Assembly: GCA_035536815.1 (NCBI GenBank)
Contig: DATLNJ010000082.1
Coordinates: 20,435 to 84,434, forward strand
DNA length: 64,000 bases
From: Frankiaceae bacterium
GTDB lineage: Bacteria; Actinomycetota; Actinomycetes; BP-191
Direction: 5' to 3'
The position numbers and the translations under genes were made by a program. The notes under the pieces were generated by a model that was not told the origin of the DNA, did not search any database, and was given only the letters and a program-made list of their open reading frames with translations. Of this stretch, positions 26,375-35,762 are shown in pieces; position 1 is the stretch's first letter, and each line of letters begins with the position of its first letter.

Positions 26375-26971
26375 CTATCGCTGCTCGCGCTGCTTAGGGC
26401 CATGCAGGACAACACGCCGCCACCACGGCGTACGCGACCGTGGACGCGGCGCGTCAGCCCCGTGCGCCAGGTAGTAGGCGACAACCTCATCATCGATCGG
26501 CCCCCGCGATCGGAATGCGAGTCTGCGGATCTCGACAGGCGTCAGGTCATGTACGGCCGAGGCTGGCAGAACATCGCCGTGCAAGGCGAAACGAGAGTGG
26601 GCCGCGGTGACCCGCGCAGCCAAGTCGTCTACCTCAGCGGCAAGACGTCGGCGGCGGCGCGGCCAGCCCTCGGAAAGCCCACGAAGCTGTGCAAGAAGTT
26701 CAGTTGCGCGCTCTTGGTTGGCCCACCACTGTGACCCCAGGGACGTGTCGCGGGGTCCGGTCCACGCCGCGGTGAGAGGCGCGACAACGTGGGGCAGGAC
26801 CATGGCGAGTTCCAGCACGGCCGCTCGGAGCTGGCGCTTGCGCTCAAAGCGTTCGCTGACAATTCGTTCCAGCACAACACCGGCGATAACTGATAGCACG
26901 GTCGCTCCGGCCACCAGCCAGTCGGACGCAGTGATCCCCTCGCCTGTGGTCCCAAGCAGCGATTGCACCAA
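26375..26971 (-). CDS. hypothetical membrane-anchored protein
   Basis: N-terminal TM is DWLVAGATVLSVIAGVVL. The rest is helical and charged. No family recognised. Confidence 0.5.
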   Translation of the reverse strand: MVQSLLGTTGEGITASDWLVAGATVLSVIAGVVLERIVSERFERKRQLRAAVLELAMVLPHVVAPLTAAWTGPRDTSLGSQWWANQERATELLAQLRGLSEGWPRRRRRLAAEVDDLAARVTAAHSRFALHGDVLPASAVHDLTPVEIRRLAFRSRGPIDDEVVAYYLAHGADAPRPRSRTPWWRRVVLHGPKQREQR

Positions 26972-27071
26972 CTTCCTCCGACCATCGAACCGATGATTGT
27001 TACGCTACGCGTTCCGCTTCCTGGGGCGGCGCGCGGGCCGACCTCGGCCGGCCTGGTTCGTCTCGCCGCGG

Positions 27072-27266
27072 TCACGCCGTCGCGGCGTCATCGAGGCCGA
27101 GCTTCTGCCGGAGCCGGTCTCGCGGCACGAGGATGCGCCGCCCGATGCGGATGCTCGGGATGTCGCCGTTGCGGACGGCGGCGAAGGCGAGGCCGCGGCT
27201 GATGCCGAGCACCTTGGCGGTCTGCTCGACGGTGAGGATGGGCGGCAGGTCGTCGTCGAGTGTCAT
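27072..27266 (-). CDS. excisionase / MerR-superfamily HTH (Xis-AlpA type)
   Basis: MTLDDDLPPILTVEQTAKVLGISRGLAFAAVRNGDIPSIRIGRRILVPRDRL matches the classic excisionase-family HTH. AAGGAG lies 8 nt upstream. ATGA overlap with the upstream gene. Confidence 0.8.
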   Translation of the reverse strand: MTLDDDLPPILTVEQTAKVLGISRGLAFAAVRNGDIPSIRIGRRILVPRDRLRQKLGLDDAATA

Positions 27267-27532
27267 GACGCGTTCTCCTTGATCTCTTCGATGGCGGCTT
27301 CGGGAGCGAGGTCGAACCATTTGGGCCAGAGTTCGCAGGGGTGGTGGCCGAGGGCGATGGCGACGCGGTCGGCGATGTCCCAGCGCAGCCGGGGCGAGGC
27401 GAGGACCCGGTGCAGGGTCCGTTTCGGGAGCCCGATGGTGAGGGCGAGCTCGCAGAGCGAGAGGCCGGCCTCCCGGGCGCGGGCGGTGAGGAGCGCCCGC
27501 GCCGGCTCGGCGTCGAAGTAGTCGGCCATCAC
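27263..27532 (-). CDS. small HTH regulator (Xre-like)
   Basis: GLSLCELALTIGLPKRTLHRVL is an HTH. 4-nt overlaps with both the lipoprotein gene and xis. Confidence 0.65.
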   Translation of the reverse strand: MMADYFDAEPARALLTARAREAGLSLCELALTIGLPKRTLHRVLASPRLRWDIADRVAIALGHHPCELWPKWFDLAPEAAIEEIKENAS

Positions 27533-28173
27533 AGGTCCAGCCCGGTGTAGGCGTGGGTGTGCGGGCCGCGGTACACGTCATACGGCGGGTGCGCGCGGTG
27601 GATGTTGACGCCGGCGTAGTACGAGGTGCTCTCGACGTGGACGACGACGCGGCGGGTGCCGCAGCGGACGACGGCGGAGGTGCGGGTGACCTCGCTGGCG
27701 CTGGTGCAGCGGCCGGCGCCCTCGAGCTTCGCGTTGGTGTGGACGTCGTCCATGACGCGGCGCAGGTGGCTCATCGTCTCGTTGGACAGGGCGAGCCGGC
27801 TGCGGCTGTTGAGCTGCTGGGCGGCGGCGAGGTAGTCGCGCTGCTGTACGGCGCGGAGGAACCGCAGCGCGATCTGCGGGCCGGTGCCCTTCGGGTCGCC
27901 GACCCAGAACAGGTCGTCGAGCGTCTCGTTGCCGGTCACCCGCAGGTCGACCGAGTCGTCCCCGGTCGGGGAGGGGCTCGGCGTCGCCGGGCTCGTCGGC
28001 TCGACCTCGACGTCGGGCAGGTCGGGGATCGCGACGATGACCGTCGGCGCGGCCGGCGGCTCCGGGGCCGGGACCGGCTGCGGCTTGTCGTCGCGGCCGC
28101 ACGCCGCAGTCGCGAGGGCGATCGCGAGGCCGGCGACGACGGCAGTGCGGGTGTGGCGGTGGCTGGTTCGCAT
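27529..28173 (-). CDS. lipoprotein, unknown function
   Basis: Signal peptide with a lipobox (VVAGLAIALATAAC). A Pro-rich linker is followed by a globular domain. Confidence 0.7.
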   Translation of the reverse strand: MRTSHRHTRTAVVAGLAIALATAACGRDDKPQPVPAPEPPAAPTVIVAIPDLPDVEVEPTSPATPSPSPTGDDSVDLRVTGNETLDDLFWVGDPKGTGPQIALRFLRAVQQRDYLAAAQQLNSRSRLALSNETMSHLRRVMDDVHTNAKLEGAGRCTSASEVTRTSAVVRCGTRRVVVHVESTSYYAGVNIHRAHPPYDVYRGPHTHAYTGLDL

Positions 28174-28234
28174 GGTGCGCTCCTCTGCTTCGGGGCCGCC
28201 GGTTGGGGGCGGCTGGAGGAGCGAGAGTCGGCGC

Positions 28235-28326
28235 GGAACTTCACCGGAACCTCACCGGAACCTCACGAGCGCCGTGAGGTTGCCGTGAAGTTCTGGTGAG
28301 CCTTCGTGAGGTTCCGGTGAGGTTCA
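28235..28326. promoter_or_regulatory. 11-bp-phased repeat array (3 forward + 5 inverted GGAACCTCAC units) in the divergent intergenic region
   Basis: Forward units are GGAACTTCACC, GGAACCTCACC and GGAACCTCACG (28235-28267). After a 5-nt spacer come five contiguous inverted units: CGTGAGGTTGC, CGTGAAGTTCT, GGTGAGCCTTC, GTGAGGTTCC and GGTGAGGTTCA (28273-28326). Confidence 0.6.
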
Positions 28327-28432
28327 CCCGCGAGAGGCGGGTTGTGGCATCGCGGCTGCTCACAGTCGGTGTCCGCGGCGGGCCGTCCGGCCTTCCGGTG
28401 TCGGACCCGACCAGGAGGCAGCCATCAACACC

Positions 28433-29521
28433 TTGGGGTACGCGGCTCCGCTCCCGGCCATGCCGGCGTCGGACGTGCCCGCCGCGTTACGTGCATCGGG
28501 TCCGATCCCGAACCCGCTCGACTGGGCGCGGGACAAGATCGTCGACGGGTTCGAGTCGCTGCTGCGCCGCATCGTCGAGGACTTCATGGAAGGCCTCGTC
28601 GAGCCGGTGTCGCGGTTCGTCCTGCACACCCCGGACCTGCTCGCCGAGGACACGCTGCGCCGGCTGTGGCTGGTGTCGCTCGCCGTGCTGTTCGCGGTCG
28701 CGGGGCTGCTGGTCGCGATCAGCGCGACCGCCCTGATGACCGGCTCGACCCGGCTCGGCCTCGCCGCCCGCGAAGCGGTCAGCACCCGGCTCGCTGGGTC
28801 GATGCTGACGGCGGCGGTGTCGCTGCCGCTGGTCGCGCTGGAGGTCCAGCTCGCCAACAAGGTCGTGGACGCGTTCGTCTCCGAAGGCTTCGGTGCGGCG
28901 AGCAACCCGCTGTGGAAGACCCTCGGCAAGGCGGCGCTCGGCGACCCCGGTAGTGGCCTCGCGCTGCTCATCTCGTCGGTGGTCGCCGTCGTGCTGCTCG
29001 TCACTCTGGTCGTGCTGGGGCTGGCGCGGTGGGCCACGCTGTGGCTGCTCGTCGTCCTCGCCCCGATCGGCATGGGGTTCGCGCTGCTACCCGGCGGCGC
29101 CGGTGTCGCGCGGACCTGGTGGCGGCTCCAGCTCGCGGCGGTGTTCCTGCCGATCGCGAACGCCGTGCTCCTCGCGACCTATCTGGCGATGTTCTCCTCC
29201 GAGTCGTCTGGCCTGGTCGGCGCGCTGTCCGGCATCGCGGTCCTGGCGTTGATGTCGAAGCTCCCGGCGTGGGCGGCCGGCGCCGCCATCGGCATCGACG
29301 GCCACGACGTCACCGCCCGCGCGCACCGCGCCCGCAACACCGTCCGTCGCGTGGCGACGGTCGCCGCGGCAGGCGCCGCCGGCGGCCCGGCAGGGGCGGC
29401 GAAGGCCGCGGTGATGGGCGCTAACGGCGGCCGTAGGGGTGCCTCGGTGGGTCGGCAAGGTTCGAGGCACCCCACGAGGCACCCCCGACAGGGTGGGCCG
29501 CCTCCGCCGCACCCCCGCTGA
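28433..29521 (+). CDS. polytopic membrane protein, VirB6/TrbL-like conjugation channel component (positional call)
   Basis: At least 6 hydrophobic helices. It is the first gene of the conjugation operon upstream of pilin/VirB3/VirB4-like genes. The start is uncertain (TTG 28433 or ATG 28460). Confidence 0.55.
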   Translation: MGYAAPLPAMPASDVPAALRASGPIPNPLDWARDKIVDGFESLLRRIVEDFMEGLVEPVSRFVLHTPDLLAEDTLRRLWLVSLAVLFAVAGLLVAISATALMTGSTRLGLAAREAVSTRLAGSMLTAAVSLPLVALEVQLANKVVDAFVSEGFGAASNPLWKTLGKAALGDPGSGLALLISSVVAVVLLVTLVVLGLARWATLWLLVVLAPIGMGFALLPGGAGVARTWWRLQLAAVFLPIANAVLLATYLAMFSSESSGLVGALSGIAVLALMSKLPAWAAGAAIGIDGHDVTARAHRARNTVRRVATVAAAGAAGGPAGAAKAAVMGANGGRRGASVGRQGSRHPTRHPRQGGPPPPHPR

Positions 29522-29654
29522 CCTGCGTCTTTGCCGCCGCTGACTCGGTTGCGGGACTAGGTCGGGGAACGCTTCGCGCCCCCCGACCTAGTCCCACTCC
29601 CTCGTCAGGACAGAGGCAAAGAGAGGGAGGTCAGCGGGGGTGCGGCGGAGGCGG
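29498..29654. repeat. 157-bp compound palindrome (26-bp perfect outer arms, 15-bp perfect inner hairpin)
   Basis: Outer arms are CCGCCTCCGCCGCACCCCCGCTGACC (29498-29523) and GGTCAGCGGGGGTGCGGCGGAGGCGG (29629-29654). The inner stem is GGGACTAGGTCGGGG (29553-29567) / CCCCGACCTAGTCCC (29581-29595). Intermediate CTTTGCC/GGCAAAG and CTGAC/GTCAG pairs are also present. The left arm overlaps the stop codon of the preceding gene. Confidence 0.7.
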
Positions 29655-29698
29655 AGGTCAGCAAGCCCAGCAAGCAAGCAGAAGCAGGCAAGGAGTGG

Positions 29699-30079
29699 GT
29701 GGAGATGTGGTGGTCGAGAAGGTCACGGAAGTCCGGTAAAGGCGGTGGCGACGTCGGCAGGGCGGCGTCGCGGGTGGGTGTCGTCGTCGCGGTGGTGGCG
29801 GTCGCGGTCGTCGTCTGGGCGGGGGTCGCGCTCGCGCAGCAGGGCGGGATCGCCGAGGTGCAGCGGTTCGCGTCGCGGCTGACGAACTACGTAACCGCGG
29901 TCGCCGCGTCGGTCGCGGTGCTGTTCATCGCGGTCAACGGCGTCCGGTGGACGATGAGCTCCGGGAACCCGGCGAAGCAGGCCGATGCGAAGAACGGGCT
30001 CACCGCCGCAGGCACCGGGCTGGCGATCGCGTTGTCGGCGAACCTGGTCGTCAACCTCGTCGTGGCAGCGCTGGCATGA
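29699..30079 (+). CDS. TrbC/VirB2-like pilin candidate
   Basis: It has an N-terminal signal/TM segment (VVVAVVAVAVVVWAGVALA) and two further hydrophobic helices (VTAVAASVAVLFIAV, GLAIALSANLVVNLVVAALA). Size and position precede the VirB3/VirB4-like genes. The ATG at 29705 is probably the true start (AAGGAG upstream). Confidence 0.55.
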   Translation: MEMWWSRRSRKSGKGGGDVGRAASRVGVVVAVVAVAVVVWAGVALAQQGGIAEVQRFASRLTNYVTAVAASVAVLFIAVNGVRWTMSSGNPAKQADAKNGLTAAGTGLAIALSANLVVNLVVAALA

Positions 30080-30714
30080 GCCGCGACCCCGTCGTCGTGG
30101 TACCCGGCGACCTCGACGTCGAGGACCGCATCGCCGGTCCCGTCACGTTCCGCATGGCCGCTTGGCTCGCCGCCGCGGTGGCCGGTGCGGCGCTGATCGC
30201 GGCCGGGCGAGGTGCGATCGCGCCGACCGTGCTCGGCTTAGTGCTGCTCGTCGTCGGCGTCGCCGGGGCGTGGTGGCGGCCCGGCGGCCGTCCCGTCGTG
30301 GCGTGGGTCGCGCCGCTGCTCGCCTTCCGCAAGCGCCGCCGCTCCTACCTCGCCGCGACAGCCGCCGAGGAGGACGCGCCGGAGCCGGCCGTGGTCGAGC
30401 CCGAACCGGAGCCGACCGAGCCGCCGCCACCCGACACGGAGCCGATGAGCGAGCCGACGCAGTCCGGTCCACCGTCCAAGCAGCGCAGGTCGGGGCGGGT
30501 CGTCGCCGCTGCCGTCACCAGTGCGGCGGTCGTCACCGTAGCGGCGGTGGTGTTCACCACGTCACGCGGTGGGGAGTCCGCGCCCGCGCCGCACATCGTC
30601 GAGGTCGTCGCGCCGGAGCCGACGGCGAACCCGCCGGTCGTCGTCGTGGTGCCGGTCGACCCGTTCACCGGATGGGAGGTCGGCGATGGCGTCGACCCGT
30701 TCTGCGGATGCTGA
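30076..30714 (+). CDS. PrgI/VirB3-like small membrane protein
   Basis: The internal ATG overlaps the pilin stop (ATGA). PVTFRMAAWLAAAVAGAALIA and LGLVLLVVGVAGAWW form a helix pair followed by a Pro/Glu-rich tail. This organisation is typical upstream of VirB4. Confidence 0.55.
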   Translation: MSRDPVVVVPGDLDVEDRIAGPVTFRMAAWLAAAVAGAALIAAGRGAIAPTVLGLVLLVVGVAGAWWRPGGRPVVAWVAPLLAFRKRRRSYLAATAAEEDAPEPAVVEPEPEPTEPPPPDTEPMSEPTQSGPPSKQRRSGRVVAAAVTSAAVVTVAAVVFTTSRGGESAPAPHIVEVVAPEPTANPPVVVVVPVDPFTGWEVGDGVDPFCGC

Positions 30715-32590
30715 CCGCGTCCTCGCGCTGACCCCGCCCTACGGGCTGCGCGACGCAGACGGCCGGGCGGATGCGCTCGCCGATCTGACGGCACTGGTCG
30801 TGGGGCTCGACGCGCCCGGGCAGGTCTGGCACGGCCCGGCGCGATGCGACGTCACGGTCACCGGCGCAGGTGCCGCAGCCGAGCTGACGCGACGGCTGGC
30901 GGAGACGGCGCGTCCGCGGGAGACCGTCCTCGCCGCAACTGCATCGGAGGACGAGCCGGTCGAGGTCGTCGCCGAGAGGCGTGACCACGTCGTCCTCGCG
31001 GACGGGTCGCTGGCGCGGGTGTTCGCGCTGACCGGGTGGCCGTCGTCGGTGACGCCCGGCTGGCTCGACGACGTCGCGGTCGGGTGCGCGGTGGTCGTGC
31101 TGCACTTGGTGCCGGTGGCGCGGGAGGACGCGCTGCGGGTGCTGCGCCGGCGGCTCGCCGCGCTGACCTCGACCGCCTACCTCGATGAGCAGTCAGGGCG
31201 GCTCGCCGACCCGGTCGCAGCCGTCGCGGCGGAGACCGCGGAGGGCTTGCGGGACGCGCTCGCCCACGGCACGACGCGACTGTTCCAGACGCAGGTGCTC
31301 TTCGCGGTCACCGCGCCCGACGTGGACGAGCTGGATGCGCGGACGCGCGTGCTGCACGCGGAGCTCGCGGCGATCCTCGCCGAGGCGAAGCCGCTGACCT
31401 GGCAGCACGCGGTCGGCTGGCGGGCGGTGCAGCGCGGCGGCTCGGCGATGCGGTGGCCGTGGCGGCTGCTCGACGCGACGACCGTCGCCGCGACCATCCC
31501 GCATCCGGTCGGACCCGCTGCCGGGGTGCGCGGCGTGCTCGTGGGCATCGAGCCGGAGTCCGGGGTGCCGCTGCTGGTGGACCGGTTCGGGGAGCACAAC
31601 CCGACGCGGCTCGTGGTCGGGACGTCCGGGGCCGGGAAGTCGTACGCGGCGAAGCTGGAGCTGATCCGGCAGCGCGTCGCCGGGGCGTCGGCTGTGGTCG
31701 TCGACCCGGAGGGCGAGTTCGGGCACGTCGCGGACGTGCTCGGTGGGCTGACGCTCGCCGTCGGCGAGGAGCCGGCGGGCCTCGACCCAGTCGGGCTGGC
31801 GACGCGGCGGGGGCTCGCGGCGGCCGAAGGGCTGTCGGTGCTGGCGTCGTGGGCCGCCGCACTGCTCGGCGGGTCGCTGTCCGCGATCGACCTGGCGCTA
31901 CTCGACCGGGCGCTCGACGTGCTGCGCTCCGACGCCACGGCGGCCGCGACGGCGGGTGACCTCCTCGGGGTGGTCGCCGACCTCTCGGCGCACCCGCCTT
32001 TCCAGGGCGCGGACCTGGCGGCGCGGCTGGCGCCTGCCGCTGCGGGGACGCTGGCGTCGCTGTTCGCGCCGAACCCGGACCTCGCGGACCCGCCGCCGCT
32101 GGTGGTGTTCGACCTGCGGGCGGTGCCGGCGCGGGTCCGTCCTGCGGTGATGGCGTGCGTGCTGGCGTGGGCGTGGTGCGAGACGGTCGGCGCGTCCGTC
32201 GTGTCCCCGCGCCTCGTCGTGGTGGACGAAGCGCACCTGCTCCTCGACGACCCGCCCGCCGCCGAGCTGCTCGCACAGTTCGCCCGGCGCGCGCGGAAGT
32301 ACGGGGTCGGGCTCGAGGTCGTCACCCAGCGACTGTCCGATTTCCTGCGCCACCCGGCTGGCGAGGCAGTGCTGGCGAACGCGGCGACGAAGCTGCTGCT
32401 CGGCTGCGAGGACCACGAACGAGCCGCAATCACCGCCGGTCTCGGGCTGACCGAGCCGGAAGCCGACGAGCTGCGGCCGGGGCGGCGTGGGAGTGGGTTG
32501 CTGCTCACCCCGACCGTCCGGACGCGGATCGAGATCGTCAGCGCCGAGGTGGAGCATGCGCTCGCCGGCGCGGGACCGAGGACCCGATGA
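30686..32590 (+). CDS. VirB4-family conjugation ATPase
   Basis: Walker A is VVGTSGAGKSYAAK and Walker B is RLVVVDEAHLLLDD. Start at the internal ATG (MASTRSADADRVLAL). The upstream part of the track ORF is Arg/Ser junk. Confidence 0.85.
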   Translation: MASTRSADADRVLALTPPYGLRDADGRADALADLTALVVGLDAPGQVWHGPARCDVTVTGAGAAAELTRRLAETARPRETVLAATASEDEPVEVVAERRDHVVLADGSLARVFALTGWPSSVTPGWLDDVAVGCAVVVLHLVPVAREDALRVLRRRLAALTSTAYLDEQSGRLADPVAAVAAETAEGLRDALAHGTTRLFQTQVLFAVTAPDVDELDARTRVLHAELAAILAEAKPLTWQHAVGWRAVQRGGSAMRWPWRLLDATTVAATIPHPVGPAAGVRGVLVGIEPESGVPLLVDRFGEHNPTRLVVGTSGAGKSYAAKLELIRQRVAGASAVVVDPEGEFGHVADVLGGLTLAVGEEPAGLDPVGLATRRGLAAAEGLSVLASWAAALLGGSLSAIDLALLDRALDVLRSDATAAATAGDLLGVVADLSAHPPFQGADLAARLAPAAAGTLASLFAPNPDLADPPPLVVFDLRAVPARVRPAVMACVLAWAWCETVGASVVSPRLVVVDEAHLLLDDPPAAELLAQFARRARKYGVGLEVVTQRLSDFLRHPAGEAVLANAATKLLLGCEDHERAAITAGLGLTEPEADELRPGRRGSGLLLTPTVRTRIEIVSAEVEHALAGAGPRTR

Positions 32591-33480
32591 AGCGCCTGCT
32601 GGTCTGGACGTTCGCCGCCGTGTTCGTGCTGCCGCTGTTGATCGGCGGCGCGGCCCTCTCCGAGGGTGAAGAACCAACAGGATTTACGGAGCGTGGTGGC
32701 GGTGGCGACGAGGCGCAGGCTTCGGCGTCCCCGCCCAAGTTGCGGCCTATCTTCATCGCGGCGGCAAGGCGGTTCGTGCTGCCGCCGGCGCTGCTCGTCG
32801 CCGTCGCCGAAGTGGCGGGTGACACGTCATCCCTGATGGGACTCACCGCGTCGGAGTGGAGCCGCTTCGGCCACGGCCACCGCGGTGACGCACAGGCTGA
32901 GGTCGACGCAGCGTCGCGGCTGCTCCTCGCCGCCGGAGCGGCAGGCGACGGAGGCTGGGACGCCGCCCGCGGCCTCGCCGGCTACACCGCCACTACCGGA
33001 CGTGTCGGCGAGGTGCTCGCGCGGGCCGCCGAGTACGGCTACCGCTACAGCGCCTCCGGGCCGCCGCTCGACCCCGACCGCTACGTGTTCCCGCTCGTCG
33101 GCGACGTGTCCTACGGGCCGGCTCACCACGACTACCCCGCGACGGACATCTTCGCCGCGATCGGCGTTCCGGTCGTCGCCGCCACGCGGTCGGTGGTGCT
33201 GCGCGCGTCGCCGAGGGAGGTCGGCAAGGGCGGCATCACGGCGACCCTGCGCGGCGAGGACGGGTGGCGCTACTACTACGCACACCTCGACCGGCTCGCG
33301 CCCTCGATCCGCCCTGGTCTCGTCGTGGAGGCGGGCACGCTGCTCGGCTGGTCCGGCAACACCGGCAACGCCCGGACGACGCCGCCGCACCTGCACTTCG
33401 GCGTCTCCCTCTACGGACCCACCAAGGGCGAGATCAGCCCCTACCCGTACCTCCAGATCTGGCCGAGGGAGGCGCCATGA
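32587..33480 (+). CDS. secreted M23-family peptidoglycan hydrolase of the conjugation apparatus
   Basis: ATGA overlap with virB4. Signal peptide MKRLLVWTFAAVFVLPLLIGGAALS. M23 motifs are HHDYPATDIF (HxxxD) and PPHLHFGV (HxH). Confidence 0.8.
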   Translation: MKRLLVWTFAAVFVLPLLIGGAALSEGEEPTGFTERGGGGDEAQASASPPKLRPIFIAAARRFVLPPALLVAVAEVAGDTSSLMGLTASEWSRFGHGHRGDAQAEVDAASRLLLAAGAAGDGGWDAARGLAGYTATTGRVGEVLARAAEYGYRYSASGPPLDPDRYVFPLVGDVSYGPAHHDYPATDIFAAIGVPVVAATRSVVLRASPREVGKGGITATLRGEDGWRYYYAHLDRLAPSIRPGLVVEAGTLLGWSGNTGNARTTPPHLHFGVSLYGPTKGEISPYPYLQIWPREAP

Positions 33481-35762
33481 CATCGCAGGTTCCGCGCGGG
33501 TGGCTGCGGCTCGTGGTGCCGCGCGACAACACCTCCGCGCCGTTCACCGCCGAGCAGCTCTACGCCGCGATCCACGCCGGCACCGGCCGCCGCGAGAGCA
33601 CGCAGATCCTCCTGGCCGGCTCACCAGGCGAGGTCGGCATCTGGCTGCGGGTCGAGGAGCATCGACTCGACCCGCTCGCCGCGATGGTTCGCGCCACCTA
33701 CCCCGACGCCGAACTCGAACGAGTGCAGCCGCCGTGGCCCCGGCTGACCGCGGGCGCGCACCTCATGGGAGCGCGGTGGTCGCTGGCGCAGGAGGCGGCG
33801 TACCCGATCAAGACGGTGCGAGCGTTCGAGCACTCCGAACCGATGGCGATGACCCTCGGCGCCCTGGCCGAAGCCCGCGAGGGCGAGTTCGGTGTGCTGT
33901 CACTGGTGCTGACCCGCGCGCCGGCGCGGTTCGCGCACCGGTCCCTGGCGTTGCAGCGGGCGCTCGCCACCGGCGGCGACACCGGGCCGCTGTGGCAGCG
34001 CGCCGTGCTGCTGCCCCTCGACGCCGTGACCGCCATCGTGACGTCGCTCGTGTCACCGGCATCGCCGGAAACGATCGCGCCGCAGCCTCGCCTGTTGCTG
34101 GACGCCGACCTGGAGGCGCGGCTGAAGTGGGTGGCCGGCAAGGTCGCACAGCCCGCGTTCGCGGTCACGCTGCGCACCGCATGGCTCGCGCCCACCGCGT
34201 CCCGCGCGGCCGGCGGGCACGCGGGGCTCGCGAGCGCACTCGGGCAGTTCGCTGTCGTCGGGCAGAACGCGTTCACCCCGGGCCGCGAAGACCCGCGCGA
34301 GTGCTGGCGCGGCATCACCGCGGGCGAGGCCGCATCGCGGGAACGGGTGGTGCTCGCCATCGACGAGCTCGCCGGGCTCGTGCACAGCCCCGGCGCCGAC
34401 CTGGTGATCCCGCACCTGCGCCGCACCGGCGCCCGCACCCGCGCCGCCGCCCCGATGAGTGACGGCGGGCTGCACCTCGCCGACACCCTGCACCGCGGCG
34501 AAGCCCACCCCGTCGGGGTCACCGTGCAAGACCTGATGACCCACGCCTACGTCGTCGGCCCGTCCGGCACCGGCAAGACGACGCTGCTCGCCCGGCTCGT
34601 CCTCTCCCTCGCCGAGTCCGGGACAGCCGGGGTCGTGCTTGACCCGCACGGCGACCTCGTGCGGCAGGTACTCGCGAGGCTGCCGGAGGAGCACGCGCAG
34701 CGGGTGGACCTGTTCGACCTGACCGAGCCGGCGACGTTGCCGACGATCAACCCGCTGTGGGTCGACCCGGCTGCGCCCGGCGGCCTCCCGGTCGCCCGTG
34801 CGGTGCGGTCGGCGGCGGTGACGGCGGTGTTCGCGGACCTGTGGGGGCTGCACCGCGCCACCACACCGAACCTGTTGCACTTCCTCGAAGCGGCGCTCGC
34901 CGCGCTCATCACGACCGGCGAGGGCACCCTCGCCGACCTGCCACGGTTCCTGACCGACGGTCCGTTCCGCGCGTCCGTGGTTCGCGCGGCCGGTGACCGG
35001 CGCATTGCCGCGCGGTGGGCCGAGTTCGCGGCGCTTTCGACCGACGACCGCTCCCGCACCGTTCGCGCGATCCTCAACAAGGCCGCCGACTTCGACCGCA
35101 ACCCGATCCTCGCCGGCGTCTTCGGCGACCCCGGCCCCGGGCTGCGTCTCGACCACGTCATGGACAACGGCCGGGTGCTGCTCGTGTCACTGCCGCGCGG
35201 CCTCGTCCCCGAGGGCACCGTCGAGCTGGTCGGGTCGCTGCTCGTCAGCCTGCTCTACCAGGCGGCGCTCGCCCGCGAAGCCCGCCCGGCCGAACAGCGG
35301 CCGCCGGTCGTCGCGGTGATCGACGAGTTCCAGGAGTTCGCCCTCACCACGTTCGCCAAGGTCGTCACCGCCACGCGGAAGTACGGCCTCGGGCTGGTCG
35401 TCGCGAACCAGAACCTCTCCCGCGTACACGCCGTCTCCCCGGACGTGCTGGAGACGCTGCTCGCCAACGTCGCCACGCTCGTCACGTTCCGCACCGCGCC
35501 GGGCGACGCGGAGGTGCTCGCGCCGTTCCTGGCGCCGTTCGACGCCGATGACCTGCTCACCCTCGCGCCGCACGAGTGCTACTGGCGCATCCCCACGGCG
35601 GTCGGACCGCGCCCTGTCGCGGCGCGCACCGCACCGCTACCACCCGCGCTGCGTGCGGGCGACGACCTCGACCGCCTGGTCGCCCGGCTGCGCGCGAGCA
35701 CTCGGGAACGCGGCGGGGGCGGCAGCGACCTTCGTACGGACGACACGAGGCGGATATCATGA
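33477..35762 (+). CDS. type IV coupling protein (VirD4/TraD-like ATPase)
   Basis: ATGA overlap with the upstream gene. Walker A is VVGPSGTGKTTLLA and Walker B is VVAVIDEFQEFA. The C-terminal block is LVVANQNLSRV. Confidence 0.8.
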   Translation: MTSQVPRGWLRLVVPRDNTSAPFTAEQLYAAIHAGTGRRESTQILLAGSPGEVGIWLRVEEHRLDPLAAMVRATYPDAELERVQPPWPRLTAGAHLMGARWSLAQEAAYPIKTVRAFEHSEPMAMTLGALAEAREGEFGVLSLVLTRAPARFAHRSLALQRALATGGDTGPLWQRAVLLPLDAVTAIVTSLVSPASPETIAPQPRLLLDADLEARLKWVAGKVAQPAFAVTLRTAWLAPTASRAAGGHAGLASALGQFAVVGQNAFTPGREDPRECWRGITAGEAASRERVVLAIDELAGLVHSPGADLVIPHLRRTGARTRAAAPMSDGGLHLADTLHRGEAHPVGVTVQDLMTHAYVVGPSGTGKTTLLARLVLSLAESGTAGVVLDPHGDLVRQVLARLPEEHAQRVDLFDLTEPATLPTINPLWVDPAAPGGLPVARAVRSAAVTAVFADLWGLHRATTPNLLHFLEAALAALITTGEGTLADLPRFLTDGPFRASVVRAAGDRRIAARWAEFAALSTDDRSRTVRAILNKAADFDRNPILAGVFGDPGPGLRLDHVMDNGRVLLVSLPRGLVPEGTVELVGSLLVSLLYQAALAREARPAEQRPPVVAVIDEFQEFALTTFAKVVTATRKYGLGLVVANQNLSRVHAVSPDVLETLLANVATLVTFRTAPGDAEVLAPFLAPFDADDLLTLAPHECYWRIPTAVGPRPVAARTAPLPPALRAGDDLDRLVARLRASTRERGGGGSDLRTDDTRRIS

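Noticed and set aside
28235-28326. CRISPR array
   Set aside because: The units are 11 bp, contiguous with no spacers and in both orientations. No cas genes are in the window, and no CRISPR-like array was seen elsewhere.
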